A stretch of 64,000 nt of DNA, taken from contig CAVRET010000002.1 in NCBI GenBank assembly GCA_963720265.1, positions 71,602 to 135,601 of the forward strand. The letters run 5' to 3'. Origin of the DNA: an uncultured bacterium (lineage in GTDB: Bacteria > Patescibacteriota > Saccharimonadia > UBA4664). A program made the position numbers and the translations under genes. This document shows, in pieces, positions 39,935 to 49,788 of the stretch (its first letter is position 1; the number at the start of each line of letters is the position of its first letter). The notes below the pieces were generated by a model. That model made no database searches. It saw nothing but the letters and a program-made list of their open reading frames with translations, and was not told where the DNA came from.

Positions 39935-40375
39935 ATGAAAGTTCTGGCCAAAAATCGTCGCTCCACCTTCGACTACGACCTCTCGCAGCGGCTTATCGCT
40001 GGCTTGGTGCTGACCGGAACCGAAACCAAAAGCATTAAGTCTGGAGCCGTCAGTCTCAAGGGCTCATTTGTGATACTGCGAAATAATGAGGCGTTTCTCA
40101 CCGGCGCCCATATCACGCCGTACGCACCAGCGGCCGGGCAAACACAGTCCGACCCCTCTCGCTCTCGCAAGCTACTGCTCCACCAACGCGAGCTGGCACA
40201 ACTTGTGGCACACAAGCAAGCCGGCTTAAGCGTTGTCCCTACTGCTTTGTTGTTGGACCGCAATTTGATTAAGCTTGAAATCGGCATCGGCCGGGGCAAG
40301 AAACGCTACGACAAACGAGCCGACATTAAACGCCGTGACACCGAACGAGACATTGCCAGACACCTTAAACGCTAA
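39935..40375 (+). CDS. smpB: SsrA-binding protein
   Basis: MKVLAKNRRSTFDYDL...GTETKSIK is a typical SmpB N-terminus, and the C-terminal tail is basic. Confidence 0.9.
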   Translation: MKVLAKNRRSTFDYDLSQRLIAGLVLTGTETKSIKSGAVSLKGSFVILRNNEAFLTGAHITPYAPAAGQTQSDPSRSRKLLLHQRELAQLVAHKQAGLSVVPTALLLDRNLIKLEIGIGRGKKRYDKRADIKRRDTERDIARHLKR

Positions 40376-40490
40376 TGTTTGCAAAAAGCTAAAAAACTTG
40401 CTTGACGGGCACGACATTGAGCGTTAATCTAGCAATAGGTACCTGCACAAAAAAAGTACTCAAAACAAAAAAGAACAAACTCCATCACCC

Positions 40491-40524
40491 GAAAACGGCT
40501 CCACCAAGGGCCGTTTTCGTTTGT
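40491..40524 (+). terminator. rho-independent terminator after smpB
   Basis: GAAAACGGC tccaccaagg GCCGTTTTC followed by GTTTGTG. Confidence 0.5.
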
Positions 40525-40606
40525 GACAGAAAATGCAACGCTCCCCAATTCCGCTTGTGCTTGCATGTCGGGGTCCAAGTACTAAAATTGTGGATTCGCT
40601 TGTGAA

Positions 40607-41356
40607 TTGGTCAATAACACTATGTCAGTTTCAGTATTCAGCCACCCAGCTGCGTCGTCGTCTTATCTTGCCCAGCCACACCCCCAGCGCCCGCTTTATC
40701 GCTGGCCTAATTTGCATGCCGTCATCGCAGAGGTTAGGCGGCGCCACCCGCTCATAATTTGGAGGACATCGTTAGCACTCTTGCTTTGGACCAGCGCCAA
40801 TGCCAGCATTAGCTACCTCCTTCATAAGCCGCTCTTACCATACGCGCAAACCATTGCCAGCGTCGCCTCAGCCCAACCGGCAGCCACGCCCACGACTACC
40901 AGCGCCAAAGCCCCTGCAGCCGCCACAGCGTCGTCTCCGGCCGTCAAATTGGCCACGGCCACCACGGTCGCTTCGCCCCCGGCTACGAACCTTAGCTCAG
41001 ATGCCATCGGCCAAATTCTTGCCCCCATTGCCATGGCTCCGGACTACACCTATCCCAACGACTACGACTGGGGCAATTGCACCTGGTATGTCGCCGGTCG
41101 TCGTCGCGTACCTAATAACTGGGGCAACGCTGACAACTGGTACTACGCCGCCAAAGCCGACGGCTGGAATACTGGCACGACCCCGGCCGTGGGCGCCATT
41201 GCCACCACCGAAGCCGGTCCCTACGGCCACGTCGCCCTTGTAGAGCGCATCTCAGCTGACTACACGCAAGTCTATGTCTCAGAGATGAATTACATCGGCA
41301 CCGGCGTTAAAAGCTACCGCTGGGTCGCTGCAAGCTCTTTCAGGTACATTTACTAA
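40607..41356 (+). CDS. CHAP-domain cell-wall hydrolase with N-terminal TM and Ala/Pro-rich linker
   Basis: GNCTWYVAGRR supplies the catalytic Cys and GPYGHVALVERI the His. Confidence 0.75.
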   Translation: MVNNTMSVSVFSHPAASSSYLAQPHPQRPLYRWPNLHAVIAEVRRRHPLIIWRTSLALLLWTSANASISYLLHKPLLPYAQTIASVASAQPAATPTTTSAKAPAAATASSPAVKLATATTVASPPATNLSSDAIGQILAPIAMAPDYTYPNDYDWGNCTWYVAGRRRVPNNWGNADNWYYAAKADGWNTGTTPAVGAIATTEAGPYGHVALVERISADYTQVYVSEMNYIGTGVKSYRWVAASSFRYIY

Positions 41357-41377
41357 CTCTTTGCTAAAATAACCTTC

Positions 41378-42754
41378 ATGAACCCCAAGCGCTGGCGCCC
41401 CGAACTCGCAGGACTCATAGCGGCTGCGTTTCTAACCCGTTTTTGGGATGTCTTTAGTCCGCATGCCACGGTCTTTGACGAAATCTACTTCAAGACTTTC
41501 CCGGCACACTACCTTGATCACCGCTATTTTTTTGATATTCACCCCCCGCTCGGCAAACTAATCCTGGCCGGCTTTGCCAAACTACTCGGCTACACACCTG
41601 CGCAAATGCTCGGCGGTACACCGGTGGGCATGCGGCTCTTGCCCGCGTTTGCCGGTGCCCTATTGGTACCACTCATGTGGGGTATCTTGCGTCGTTTTGG
41701 CGCCTCCCGGCCTTTTGCCTTCACGGCAGCGTTTCTCGTCCTTTGCGACAATGCCCTCCTGGTTGAGTCACGTTTCATCTTAATGGACTCAATGCTCCTC
41801 TTAGCCGGACTCGGTGCTCTCTATTTCTACCTCGTCACACGTAGCACAACCGGCCGGGGACGCTGGCTCTGGCTCGTCCTCACAGCCATGAGCGCAGGCA
41901 TTGCGGTAAGCATCAAGTGGACTGGCGCCAATGCTCTAGCAGTGATATTTCTGGTCTGGCTCTGGGATCAGCGGAGTCTCGGTGCAAGTTGGACCCGCCG
42001 AGCGGGAGAGCTCGCTCTCATCGTGCTCATACCAGCCGTTATTTATCTGTCTAGCTTTTGGGCCCACTTCGCACTTTTGCCACATTCCGGCGACGGCGAT
42101 GCTTTTATGAGCCCGGCCTTCCAAGCCACACTGGTCGGTAATCCGTATTACAACCCCCATGCCCACATGAGTTTCTGGCAAAAATTCATTGAGCTCAATA
42201 AGGAAATGTACGAAGCCAGCGCCACCCTCACGGCCACGCACCCGTATGGTTCGAAATGGTACACCTGGCCGCTCGAAATCCGCCCCGTCTACTATTGGGA
42301 AGGCAAGGTCCTGCCGAACGGCACCCAAGGCAACATCTATCTGCTCGGCAATCCCGTTATTTGGTGGGGCTTATGGGTTGCACTCATTTCCGGAGCCTTT
42401 TATGCCGTCACGAATCGGCACAAATTGCAGCCGCAAACCAGGTTCGCGCTTGTTGTTACCGCAGTAGCATACCTCATCAATCTCGTGCCCTTTATTGGTG
42501 TTACCCGGGTCATGTTCCTGTATCACTACCTGTTTGCGTTCCTCTATAGCATCATATTCGTGGTGATGCTCATCAACGATCTCGCAACCGATAAACACGG
42601 TCACACCCTAGTCCAACCGGCCGCTAGGCGCCGTCTCGCAGCGGTACTCATACTTGTTGCCCTTGGATTCATCTACTTCGCCCCTATAAGCTACGGAACT
42701 CCGTTATCGCCGGCCGGCCTGCAGGCCCGCATGTGGCTCCATTCCTGGCGCTAA
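41378..42754 (+). CDS. GT39 (PMT/ArnT-like) polyprenol-phosphate-dependent mannosyltransferase family membrane protein
   Basis: Multi-TM protein with an FDEIYF loop-1 DE motif and an overall PMT-like topology. Confidence 0.7.
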   Translation: MNPKRWRPELAGLIAAAFLTRFWDVFSPHATVFDEIYFKTFPAHYLDHRYFFDIHPPLGKLILAGFAKLLGYTPAQMLGGTPVGMRLLPAFAGALLVPLMWGILRRFGASRPFAFTAAFLVLCDNALLVESRFILMDSMLLLAGLGALYFYLVTRSTTGRGRWLWLVLTAMSAGIAVSIKWTGANALAVIFLVWLWDQRSLGASWTRRAGELALIVLIPAVIYLSSFWAHFALLPHSGDGDAFMSPAFQATLVGNPYYNPHAHMSFWQKFIELNKEMYEASATLTATHPYGSKWYTWPLEIRPVYYWEGKVLPNGTQGNIYLLGNPVIWWGLWVALISGAFYAVTNRHKLQPQTRFALVVTAVAYLINLVPFIGVTRVMFLYHYLFAFLYSIIFVVMLINDLATDKHGHTLVQPAARRRLAAVLILVALGFIYFAPISYGTPLSPAGLQARMWLHSWR

Positions 42755-42757
42755 GAG

Positions 42758-42786
42758 TTGACAAACTATACTTGTTATGTTAATTT
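42758..42786 (+). promoter_or_regulatory. candidate promoter plus long structured leader for the methyltransferase-pilB unit
   Basis: TTGACA, a 17-bp spacer, TAATTT. A long-range hairpin GGTTCCTGGTAA...TTACCGGGAACC follows in a ~150-nt leader. Confidence 0.3.
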
Positions 42787-42930
42787 GCCTACACCCAAAC
42801 GAAAGGAACTATATGGGTATTAACCACGCAATCAAATTCTAGGTTCCTGGTAACAAGCTCCTAATCCACTTTAGAAGTTTATTACCGGGAACCTCATCGG
42901 GAGTTTCCCAGGCTAGGAAGGCATACGCCA

Positions 42931-43662
42931 ATGTCCTATGACCAATCAGCCAGACTCGGTGTCTACGACGCAATCTATACGCACATGAAGAGCTACCCAA
43001 ACGAGGCCGCCAGGCTCGTTGAGCTTATCGGCCAATATCTGCAGACGAACTCGAAGAGCATCCTCATGGTAGCCCCCGGCACCGGCCTGCACGAGTATAC
43101 CCTGCTTAAACTCGGCTACCCGAATATCACTGGGCTCGACCAAAGCCCTGCCATGCTCGAAGTAGCCCGCGGGCGTAACCCCGGTGTTACCTATCACCAG
43201 GGCAATATGCAGGACTTCAACCTGGGGCAGCAATACGCGGTTGTCGCCAACCTGTTCAGCGCCATCGGCCACATCGGACCAAACGAGCTACATAAAACCA
43301 TTCGGACGCACGCCCGGCACACGCTGCCCGGCGGGGTGATCATTATCGAGCCCTGGATAATGCCGCACATGTGGCAGCCCGACCACCTTACCTACAACGT
43401 CGTAAACGAACCCAGCCGACTCATCGTCCGCACATCAAGAAGTACGCTTCGCGACGGCAACATCACCGAGGTTGAGCTGAGCCATCTCGTGGTAACGCCT
43501 GAGCGAAGTGAGTACTTCGTCGAGCGCCACACACTCACCATGTTCACCGAGGAGGAATTTATGGCCGCTTTTCAGGCCGCCGGCCTCAAAGTCTGGTACC
43601 TTCCCGAGGGGCTAAGCGGTAATGGCCGAGGCATATTTATCGGCCGCCAACCCCTGCGCTGA
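42931..43662 (+). CDS. class I SAM-dependent methyltransferase
   Basis: Motif I is ILMVAPGTGLHEY, with post-I and II motifs. Its stop overlaps the pilB ORF. Confidence 0.75.
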   Translation: MSYDQSARLGVYDAIYTHMKSYPNEAARLVELIGQYLQTNSKSILMVAPGTGLHEYTLLKLGYPNITGLDQSPAMLEVARGRNPGVTYHQGNMQDFNLGQQYAVVANLFSAIGHIGPNELHKTIRTHARHTLPGGVIIIEPWIMPHMWQPDHLTYNVVNEPSRLIVRTSRSTLRDGNITEVELSHLVVTPERSEYFVERHTLTMFTEEEFMAAFQAAGLKVWYLPEGLSGNGRGIFIGRQPLR

Positions 43663-43741
43663 GGTTCTCGCACAACCCGGTACCCGCAGCTGGCAGGCTG
43701 CGGGTACCGGGGAGAGACACCCATGGTGTACCATAAGAAGC

Positions 43742-45319
43742 ATGGACGACGCCGATCGTGATGAAATTGAAGCCGCGGCCAAGGATTTTGCCGACCAGAT
43801 AGCACTACCCTATTTTGATACGCGGCCGGAAATCAACCTAAAACCGTTGGTTGGCAAGCTCACCCTAGCTGGTATGCAGGCCTACGGTATTGTGCCATTG
43901 GCCCTAAACGAAGACAAATTGACACTTGGTACGAGCGAGGTGACCGACCGCGGCCAGCTTGAATCCCTGCGCCAACGTTTGGCCGGCTATGATATTGAAT
44001 ACGTTTTTATCTCACAGTACGCTTGGAACCGGTTAATGAACCGCTACACTATCGCGCCCAACCAAGATGCTATCGACAGAGGCGACTTCAGTGCCCTGTC
44101 CAACCAACTCGCTAATATCGAACCCAAATTCATGTTTGAACCTTTGGCTCAACTGGCGTACCAGTTCGGCGCGTCCGACATCCACATTGAGCCCAGCGCC
44201 GACGACGCCCGCATCCGGCTCCGTATCGACGGTACACTGCACCCCATTGTTACCATACCCCATGACCGCTACGAGCTCTTCGCGTCCGACCTCCAGATGC
44301 GCGCCGGCGTCAAATGGGGCGGTGACGAACCGCAAGGCGGCCGTGTCAGTATGACGGTGATCAACAACGACGGCGACGAGCTACCGCTCAACATGCGGCT
44401 TGAGACCATACCCTCGCTGCATGGCGAAGACGTGGTGGTTCGTCTTTTCAACATCAGTGTCAAATATCTCAACCTCGATAATCTCCACCTCAGCGCCGAA
44501 CAGACCAAAACTCTGCTCCGCAGTGTCGCCCATCCACGCGGCCTCGTGCTATGTGTCGGTCCCACCGGCTCTGGTAAAACCTCTACTCTCTATTCGGTAA
44601 TGAACTATCTCAATAATCCTGAGGTTAAAATCGTTACGCTCGAAGACCCGGTTGAATACGAACTTTCCGGCATCAGCCAAGTTTCGGTCCACACCGACAA
44701 TCACGAGCTCTTCATGTCCGAGCTCCGAGCGGTTTTGCGCGAGGATCCCAATATCATTATGATCGGGGAGATTAGAGACGCTGATACGGCCAAGACAGCC
44801 CTCCAGGCCGCGCTCACCGGCCACCTCGTGCTTTCGACCTTCCACGCCGCCAATGCCTCTGCCGCCATCTCGCGCCTCATGGACATGATTGGTGAAAACC
44901 CACTCCTGGCCTCGTCAGTCAAACTCATTATGGCCCAGCGCCTTGTCCGCCGCCTGTGTCCGGTCTGCAAGAAGACCTACACGCCCAGCAAGGAAGAATT
45001 ACTACAAATCAAAACCGCGTTCGATAATCTGCCGGAAAGCCGGCGCCCGTCATTGGAACATATCAAGCTGGCTAAGCCGGTCGGCTGTGACGTCTGTCAC
45101 CACTTCGGCTACCAAGGCCGCATTAGCGTAGTTGAGCAACTCGAGATCACGCCCTCAATGCAAGATCTGATTGCGCACGGGACCGCTGCAACCACCGCTA
45201 CTGCCCTTGAGCAAGCCGCTATTAAAGAAGGCTTGGTCACGCTGCTGCAGGACGGCATTAGCAAGGCTTTGCAGCGCGAAACGACACTCGAAGAGGTCTA
45301 CTCACAAATCGGCGAGTAA
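43742..45319 (+). CDS. pilB: type II secretion/type IV pilus assembly ATPase (GspE/PilB family)
   Basis: Walker A is GPTGSGKTSTLYS. The protein has TLEDPVEYEL Asp and His boxes and a tetracysteine motif (CPVCKK...CDVCHHFGYQGR). The ORF track starts at 43622; the start here is an internal ATG. Confidence 0.8.
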   Translation: MDDADRDEIEAAAKDFADQIALPYFDTRPEINLKPLVGKLTLAGMQAYGIVPLALNEDKLTLGTSEVTDRGQLESLRQRLAGYDIEYVFISQYAWNRLMNRYTIAPNQDAIDRGDFSALSNQLANIEPKFMFEPLAQLAYQFGASDIHIEPSADDARIRLRIDGTLHPIVTIPHDRYELFASDLQMRAGVKWGGDEPQGGRVSMTVINNDGDELPLNMRLETIPSLHGEDVVVRLFNISVKYLNLDNLHLSAEQTKTLLRSVAHPRGLVLCVGPTGSGKTSTLYSVMNYLNNPEVKIVTLEDPVEYELSGISQVSVHTDNHELFMSELRAVLREDPNIIMIGEIRDADTAKTALQAALTGHLVLSTFHAANASAAISRLMDMIGENPLLASSVKLIMAQRLVRRLCPVCKKTYTPSKEELLQIKTAFDNLPESRRPSLEHIKLAKPVGCDVCHHFGYQGRISVVEQLEITPSMQDLIAHGTAATTATALEQAAIKEGLVTLLQDGISKALQRETTLEEVYSQIGE

Positions 45320-46120
45320 TTGCTGGCCGCGCCACAAAGCTCCACGCAAGCCGGCTTCGTCACCTAATTTCGCCCGCACGAGCTTCGGTTCATGCTGCCA
45401 TACCTCCGGCCATGCAGCCAGATCATTACGCAGGCGCTCAAGATCAATATCTTTCATCATGCTGCCGCCAAACACCACAACCGTTGGCATCCAGTACAAC
45501 ATCATGTTGTACAAACCTCGCGCCAGATAGCCGGTTTCGGCCAGCCAAACAGCCCTCTCTTTGATAGTCGCCGGAGGCCGCCCAAAATGGTCTTCCATCG
45601 CACGGCCACTGGTCATTGCCTCCAGCGACGTTGGCCGGCCGGCAATATCACCCACCAGCTGACCGCCAAGTTCAAACCGCGCCACCGTCGGGTCAGGTTG
45701 GCCGTCCACCATGCGCACAAAATTCACGCCCGTGCTAACGGTCACATACACCATCACGCCACGCTGTATGCCGGCTCCCAGGTGCGCTTCGCCAATACCC
45801 GCCATTACCGCGTCATTCTCGACTCGCACTGGGCACGCAAATGCCTCCTCGAGCCGTCGTTTGACCGGCACACCCAGCCACGCTGTTAAGTTGGCTTCAA
45901 GCACCAAACGCCCCTCAGCACCCTCACGCTGGGCCCTCATGCCTCCCACCACGGCATCCAACTTGGCATCACCCACCACGGTTCGCATTTGGGCCACCAG
46001 CCGATCAAAACCATCACTGTGATGGTCGGTCGCGAGATGCACCACATTTCCGAGCTGATTACCATCGGCCAAGGCCAGACGGGTATTGGTGGCGCCGATA
46101 TCAAATAGGAGGACGCTCAT
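45302..46120 (-). CDS. ROK-family sugar kinase (glucokinase-like)
   Basis: N-terminal LLFDIGATNTRLAL ATP-binding motif and ROK-like central region. Confidence 0.7.
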   Translation of the reverse strand: MSVLLFDIGATNTRLALADGNQLGNVVHLATDHHSDGFDRLVAQMRTVVGDAKLDAVVGGMRAQREGAEGRLVLEANLTAWLGVPVKRRLEEAFACPVRVENDAVMAGIGEAHLGAGIQRGVMVYVTVSTGVNFVRMVDGQPDPTVARFELGGQLVGDIAGRPTSLEAMTSGRAMEDHFGRPPATIKERAVWLAETGYLARGLYNMMLYWMPTVVVFGGSMMKDIDLERLRNDLAAWPEVWQHEPKLVRAKLGDEAGLRGALWRGQQLLADL

Positions 46121-46133
46121 CCTCGTATGCCGT

Positions 46134-47489
46134 TCACGTCGATCGCTTCACGTTGGGCAAATTAAGCTTCTCGCCAACCCGCTTCAGCGTCCGCCGGGGG
46201 TTTCGCACGAGCTGGCCGAGCGGCGACACGGTGACAGACGACGAGCGGTTAATGTGCGGCATTTCATCAATCCGCAGATAGCGCTGGCAAAACCGGTCAA
46301 ACACCGCGTTTGACCACCCAAAGCCCGGGTGCGTCGGGTAGACCCCCTCCATTGGCGGCTCATCCGGGTTCACCACGTTGTACTTTTCGAGAAACTCGCC
46401 CTTTTGCTCAAACCACACTAGGTTAGTTTCAAGCCACTTGCGCGCGATTCGTTCCGCCGCTACATGATAGTCGTACCGCTCCATAGCTTCGACTGCAATG
46501 AAGTGAAGCGGCGCCCACCCGTTCGGAAATGCCCATTGCACTGGAATTGGGCTTTCTATTTCCGGCTGATCGGCCGTTGTCACTAATCCGCCCTTATACT
46601 CGAATTTATCCAAATTCTGCATGATCCGCTCAGCGGTCTTGGCATCATCCATGCCGGCCCACATTGGAAAAAACGCCGCCAGCGACCACACTGGTCCGCG
46701 CTTGCCCGCCATATAGTCAAAATCGAAGTAACAACCCTTGTCCTCGTCCCAGAGATACTTCAGCATCATGTTTTTGCGCGCCAGAGCCCGTTTGGTCCAC
46801 TCAGCTGCCTCCTCGGTCTCGCCCAAAATCAAGGCCGCTTCAGCAAAGTCCCGCTCGTATTTGTACAGCAAAGCGTTCAAGTCAACAGGCAAAAACGACA
46901 ACGCTCGCCGGTCAAACCGGGTCGTCATATCCCAGCCACTCTCCGCTTCAGCCAGATCGTTCAGCACGTTAATGTCATACCACCGCGACAGTCCGTGGAA
47001 CACCTGCCGCCAATTCGGATGCGTCGTCCCCATCCATACCGTCCGGTACTCGTCTTTCGCAATTGTCATGGCCTGATCCAGCCAACGCTTGTTTCGCTCT
47101 ATCTGATAAACAAGCATGATGAAGCTGGTCAAAAACGGCGCCTGCGACCGCGACGTATGATACAGCCGGCCCGAATTAGGTATAATCCCAAACCGTTGCT
47201 GCAAGTCCAGCAGGTTCTCGACAATCCCTTTAATCAAATATTCGCGCTCAGTGCCCAGCAGACCCTGAGCTTGAAAGTAGCTGTCCCAGTAGTAGATTTC
47301 CTCAAACTGATGGCCTTTGCCGGTGTCAAAGCTCGGCACAAAGTACGGGTTCGGCAAACCTACTAACGTACCGTCGTCATGCGGCCGAAAGCGCTCTAGC
47401 TTCTTCCAGTAAGCATCAATGTACTCGAGTGCAGGCTTTAAGCGCTGCGGGCTAAACTGTGGTCCTAATTGTGAATTCTGTGTCGTCAT
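46134..47489 (-). CDS. trehalase (GH37-like)
   Basis: Signature EEIYYWDSYFQAQGLL matches the GH37 consensus (ExYYWDSYW). Confidence 0.65.
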   Translation of the reverse strand: MTTQNSQLGPQFSPQRLKPALEYIDAYWKKLERFRPHDDGTLVGLPNPYFVPSFDTGKGHQFEEIYYWDSYFQAQGLLGTEREYLIKGIVENLLDLQQRFGIIPNSGRLYHTSRSQAPFLTSFIMLVYQIERNKRWLDQAMTIAKDEYRTVWMGTTHPNWRQVFHGLSRWYDINVLNDLAEAESGWDMTTRFDRRALSFLPVDLNALLYKYERDFAEAALILGETEEAAEWTKRALARKNMMLKYLWDEDKGCYFDFDYMAGKRGPVWSLAAFFPMWAGMDDAKTAERIMQNLDKFEYKGGLVTTADQPEIESPIPVQWAFPNGWAPLHFIAVEAMERYDYHVAAERIARKWLETNLVWFEQKGEFLEKYNVVNPDEPPMEGVYPTHPGFGWSNAVFDRFCQRYLRIDEMPHINRSSSVTVSPLGQLVRNPRRTLKRVGEKLNLPNVKRST

Positions 47490-47709
47490 TTGGCTTATTC
47501 GCGCGCCGGCAACCCGGCTAAGTGGTTATGCTGTCTTACTTAGAGGTTATCGTGCTCACTAATATCTGTAAAGCCGTGAGCCGTTACAGGCCATGGTTAT
47601 TCTTACAGACCGAAAACGTCCGACCCCGGCCATCTCTTGGCACTTTACCTACTGAAGTCCAATTTCCAGATGAGTATCGTGGAAAACGGTGTAGTAATAA
47701 CAAGGAGGA

Positions 47710-48570
47710 GTGTGTATGAATCAACTGTTCGTCCGTCTGGCAGCCAGCGGGGTATTTGCGCTTGGGCTTGGAGCCACAGCCCTGGCCGACAGCAATGCCA
47801 GCATTGGCATGACCGGAGCAAACTCGACGAATACAATTACTAACCGCAGCACGAACTCGTGGATGTCCACGAACCTAAACCGGGCTGAGATTGGTAATTG
47901 GAACAACCAAAACGCCAAATCTGGCAACGTCTGGGTAACTCGCAACACCAACGTCGGCGGCGGAGTTGCGAGCGGCTGGGCCGGCAACGATAATAACACC
48001 GATAACCAAGTTTCGTTCGATAACAACGGCACCGGACCAGTATGGTTAGGCCCTAGCGGCGGCGACTCAGCCGTCATAACCAACACCGGAGCAAACTCAG
48101 ACAACCGTATCAACCAAAGCACCAATAACCGCTTCAGCCAAACCAACGTCAACGACGTCACGGCCACAAACAACAACGATCAGTCCGCCAGATCAGGCAA
48201 CGTTGACGTCGCCTATAATACCAATGTCGGCGGCCCGGTTACAAGCGGCAATGTGTCTAACCAAAATGCCACCACCAACTCGTTTGATATCACGAATCAA
48301 ACGCCGGATGTAAGTTTTGCGAGCAGTAATCCAAACATGTTCCAAATCTCAGACACCGGCTATGGCTCAAACAACCGTATCAACTCGAGTACCAACAACA
48401 GTTTCCGCAGCCTAAACGACAATCAGGTTACGATCGCAAACGACAACCAGCAAACTGCCCGCTCTGGCAATGTCAGCGTGATCGGCAATACCAACGTCAA
48501 TGGCCCGGTCTCAAGCGGAAACGTCAGCAACACTAACTCAACCCAAAACACGGTCAACATAAACAACTAA
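47710..48570 (+). CDS. secreted Asn/Thr-rich repeat protein (paralog of the 1-2718 cluster)
   Basis: Strong RBS AAGGAGGAGTGTGT-ATG. The signal peptide ends in ALADSNASIG. Repeated TNVGG(P)V(T/S)SG and NQSTNN units fill the rest. Confidence 0.6.
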   Translation: MCMNQLFVRLAASGVFALGLGATALADSNASIGMTGANSTNTITNRSTNSWMSTNLNRAEIGNWNNQNAKSGNVWVTRNTNVGGGVASGWAGNDNNTDNQVSFDNNGTGPVWLGPSGGDSAVITNTGANSDNRINQSTNNRFSQTNVNDVTATNNNDQSARSGNVDVAYNTNVGGPVTSGNVSNQNATTNSFDITNQTPDVSFASSNPNMFQISDTGYGSNNRINSSTNNSFRSLNDNQVTIANDNQQTARSGNVSVIGNTNVNGPVSSGNVSNTNSTQNTVNINN

Positions 48571-48634
48571 CTCTCTGGGTCTTTTGCCCCACACCCGGCA
48601 ACGATGAGCCTGTGACAACGAGGCTCATCGTTTG

Positions 48635-49726
48635 TTATTGGTTCAAAATTGTCTGAGCCTTTTGCTGCATAGCGCTGAAATTCCCCCCAATCGGCAGCAA
48701 ATCACTTGAATCAGGCGCATCGGTCAACAAACCACCCGGAGCCGTTGAATACACGAACTGCACAGGATTGTTCTTCTGCGCCTGTTGCCAGCCCACAGCA
48801 AATTCCGCCAGCTGCACCGACCCCAGATCGGTCGTCACGTTATTGCGCACGGCTGAAGCGATTTTTTGCATGGTCATCGGGTTTAGCAGTACCTGTGGGG
48901 TCAAAATCTTGGCCCGCACCAAATTAAGTACCTCTTGCTGGCGGGCAGCCCGACCAAAATCATTACCACATGTCCCTTTGCGGCACCTTACATATTCAAG
49001 CGCCAGCGCTCCGTCCATGTGCTGCTCGCCCGGCTTAATGTCGAGACCGCAGACCTTATATTGGTTATTCGCGCATGGATACTCCGGATCTTCAAGCTCC
49101 TGCGTAACGTTCACATTAATCCCCCCGACGGCATCAACAATATCGCTCAGTCCGGTGAAGTCGGTCAGCACGTAGTAATTAATGGGGATCCCCAGCGTAT
49201 TGCTCACGGTTTGCTCCGCCAGAGCGGGTCCACCTTCAGCGTTGGCGGCATTAATCTTCGATACCCCATAGCCGGGCACATCCACCCGCAAATCGCGCGG
49301 GACGCTCAATTGCGCGGCCCGTTTCGTTTTTGTGTTCAAGCTCAGCACCATCATGGTATCGGATAGGTTCTGGCCGGCATGCCCGGGATCACCAACACCG
49401 AGTACTAAGATGTTAGTTCGGCCGCTATCGTCAGTACTCAATCCGCTAAAGCTAATGGGCTGCGTTGAAATTTTTGCAACGTATTGAGTCAAAAACGCTG
49501 CGTATCCAAGAAATGCGACCACAATCAGGAGCAACGACCACCGTAATACCCTAAACACCCGCTTCCGACGCGGCCGGTGCACCCGCGGTGGCCGTTGTGG
49601 CAGCCGCTCATCTTCACTCGGCTGAACACCCGCCGCCGTGCTTTCGAGATACTGCTCAGGAGTCGGCATATAGTGACTCGAACCTGCCACCTTATCATGA
49701 GCCACGCCGTCAAGCCGTTTTTTCAT
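48635..49726 (-). CDS. LytR-CpsA-Psr (LCP) family phosphotransferase
   Basis: N-terminal TM followed by the LCP core (MMVLSLNTKTKRAAQLSVPRDLRVDVPGYGVSKINAA). Confidence 0.8.
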   Translation of the reverse strand: MKKRLDGVAHDKVAGSSHYMPTPEQYLESTAAGVQPSEDERLPQRPPRVHRPRRKRVFRVLRWSLLLIVVAFLGYAAFLTQYVAKISTQPISFSGLSTDDSGRTNILVLGVGDPGHAGQNLSDTMMVLSLNTKTKRAAQLSVPRDLRVDVPGYGVSKINAANAEGGPALAEQTVSNTLGIPINYYVLTDFTGLSDIVDAVGGINVNVTQELEDPEYPCANNQYKVCGLDIKPGEQHMDGALALEYVRCRKGTCGNDFGRAARQQEVLNLVRAKILTPQVLLNPMTMQKIASAVRNNVTTDLGSVQLAEFAVGWQQAQKNNPVQFVYSTAPGGLLTDAPDSSDLLPIGGNFSAMQQKAQTILNQ

Positions 49727-49788
49727 CGTGAGAATAACCTTATTACCCGCATTATACCCCGATAAATCAAAATTCTGCCTTTGCTATA

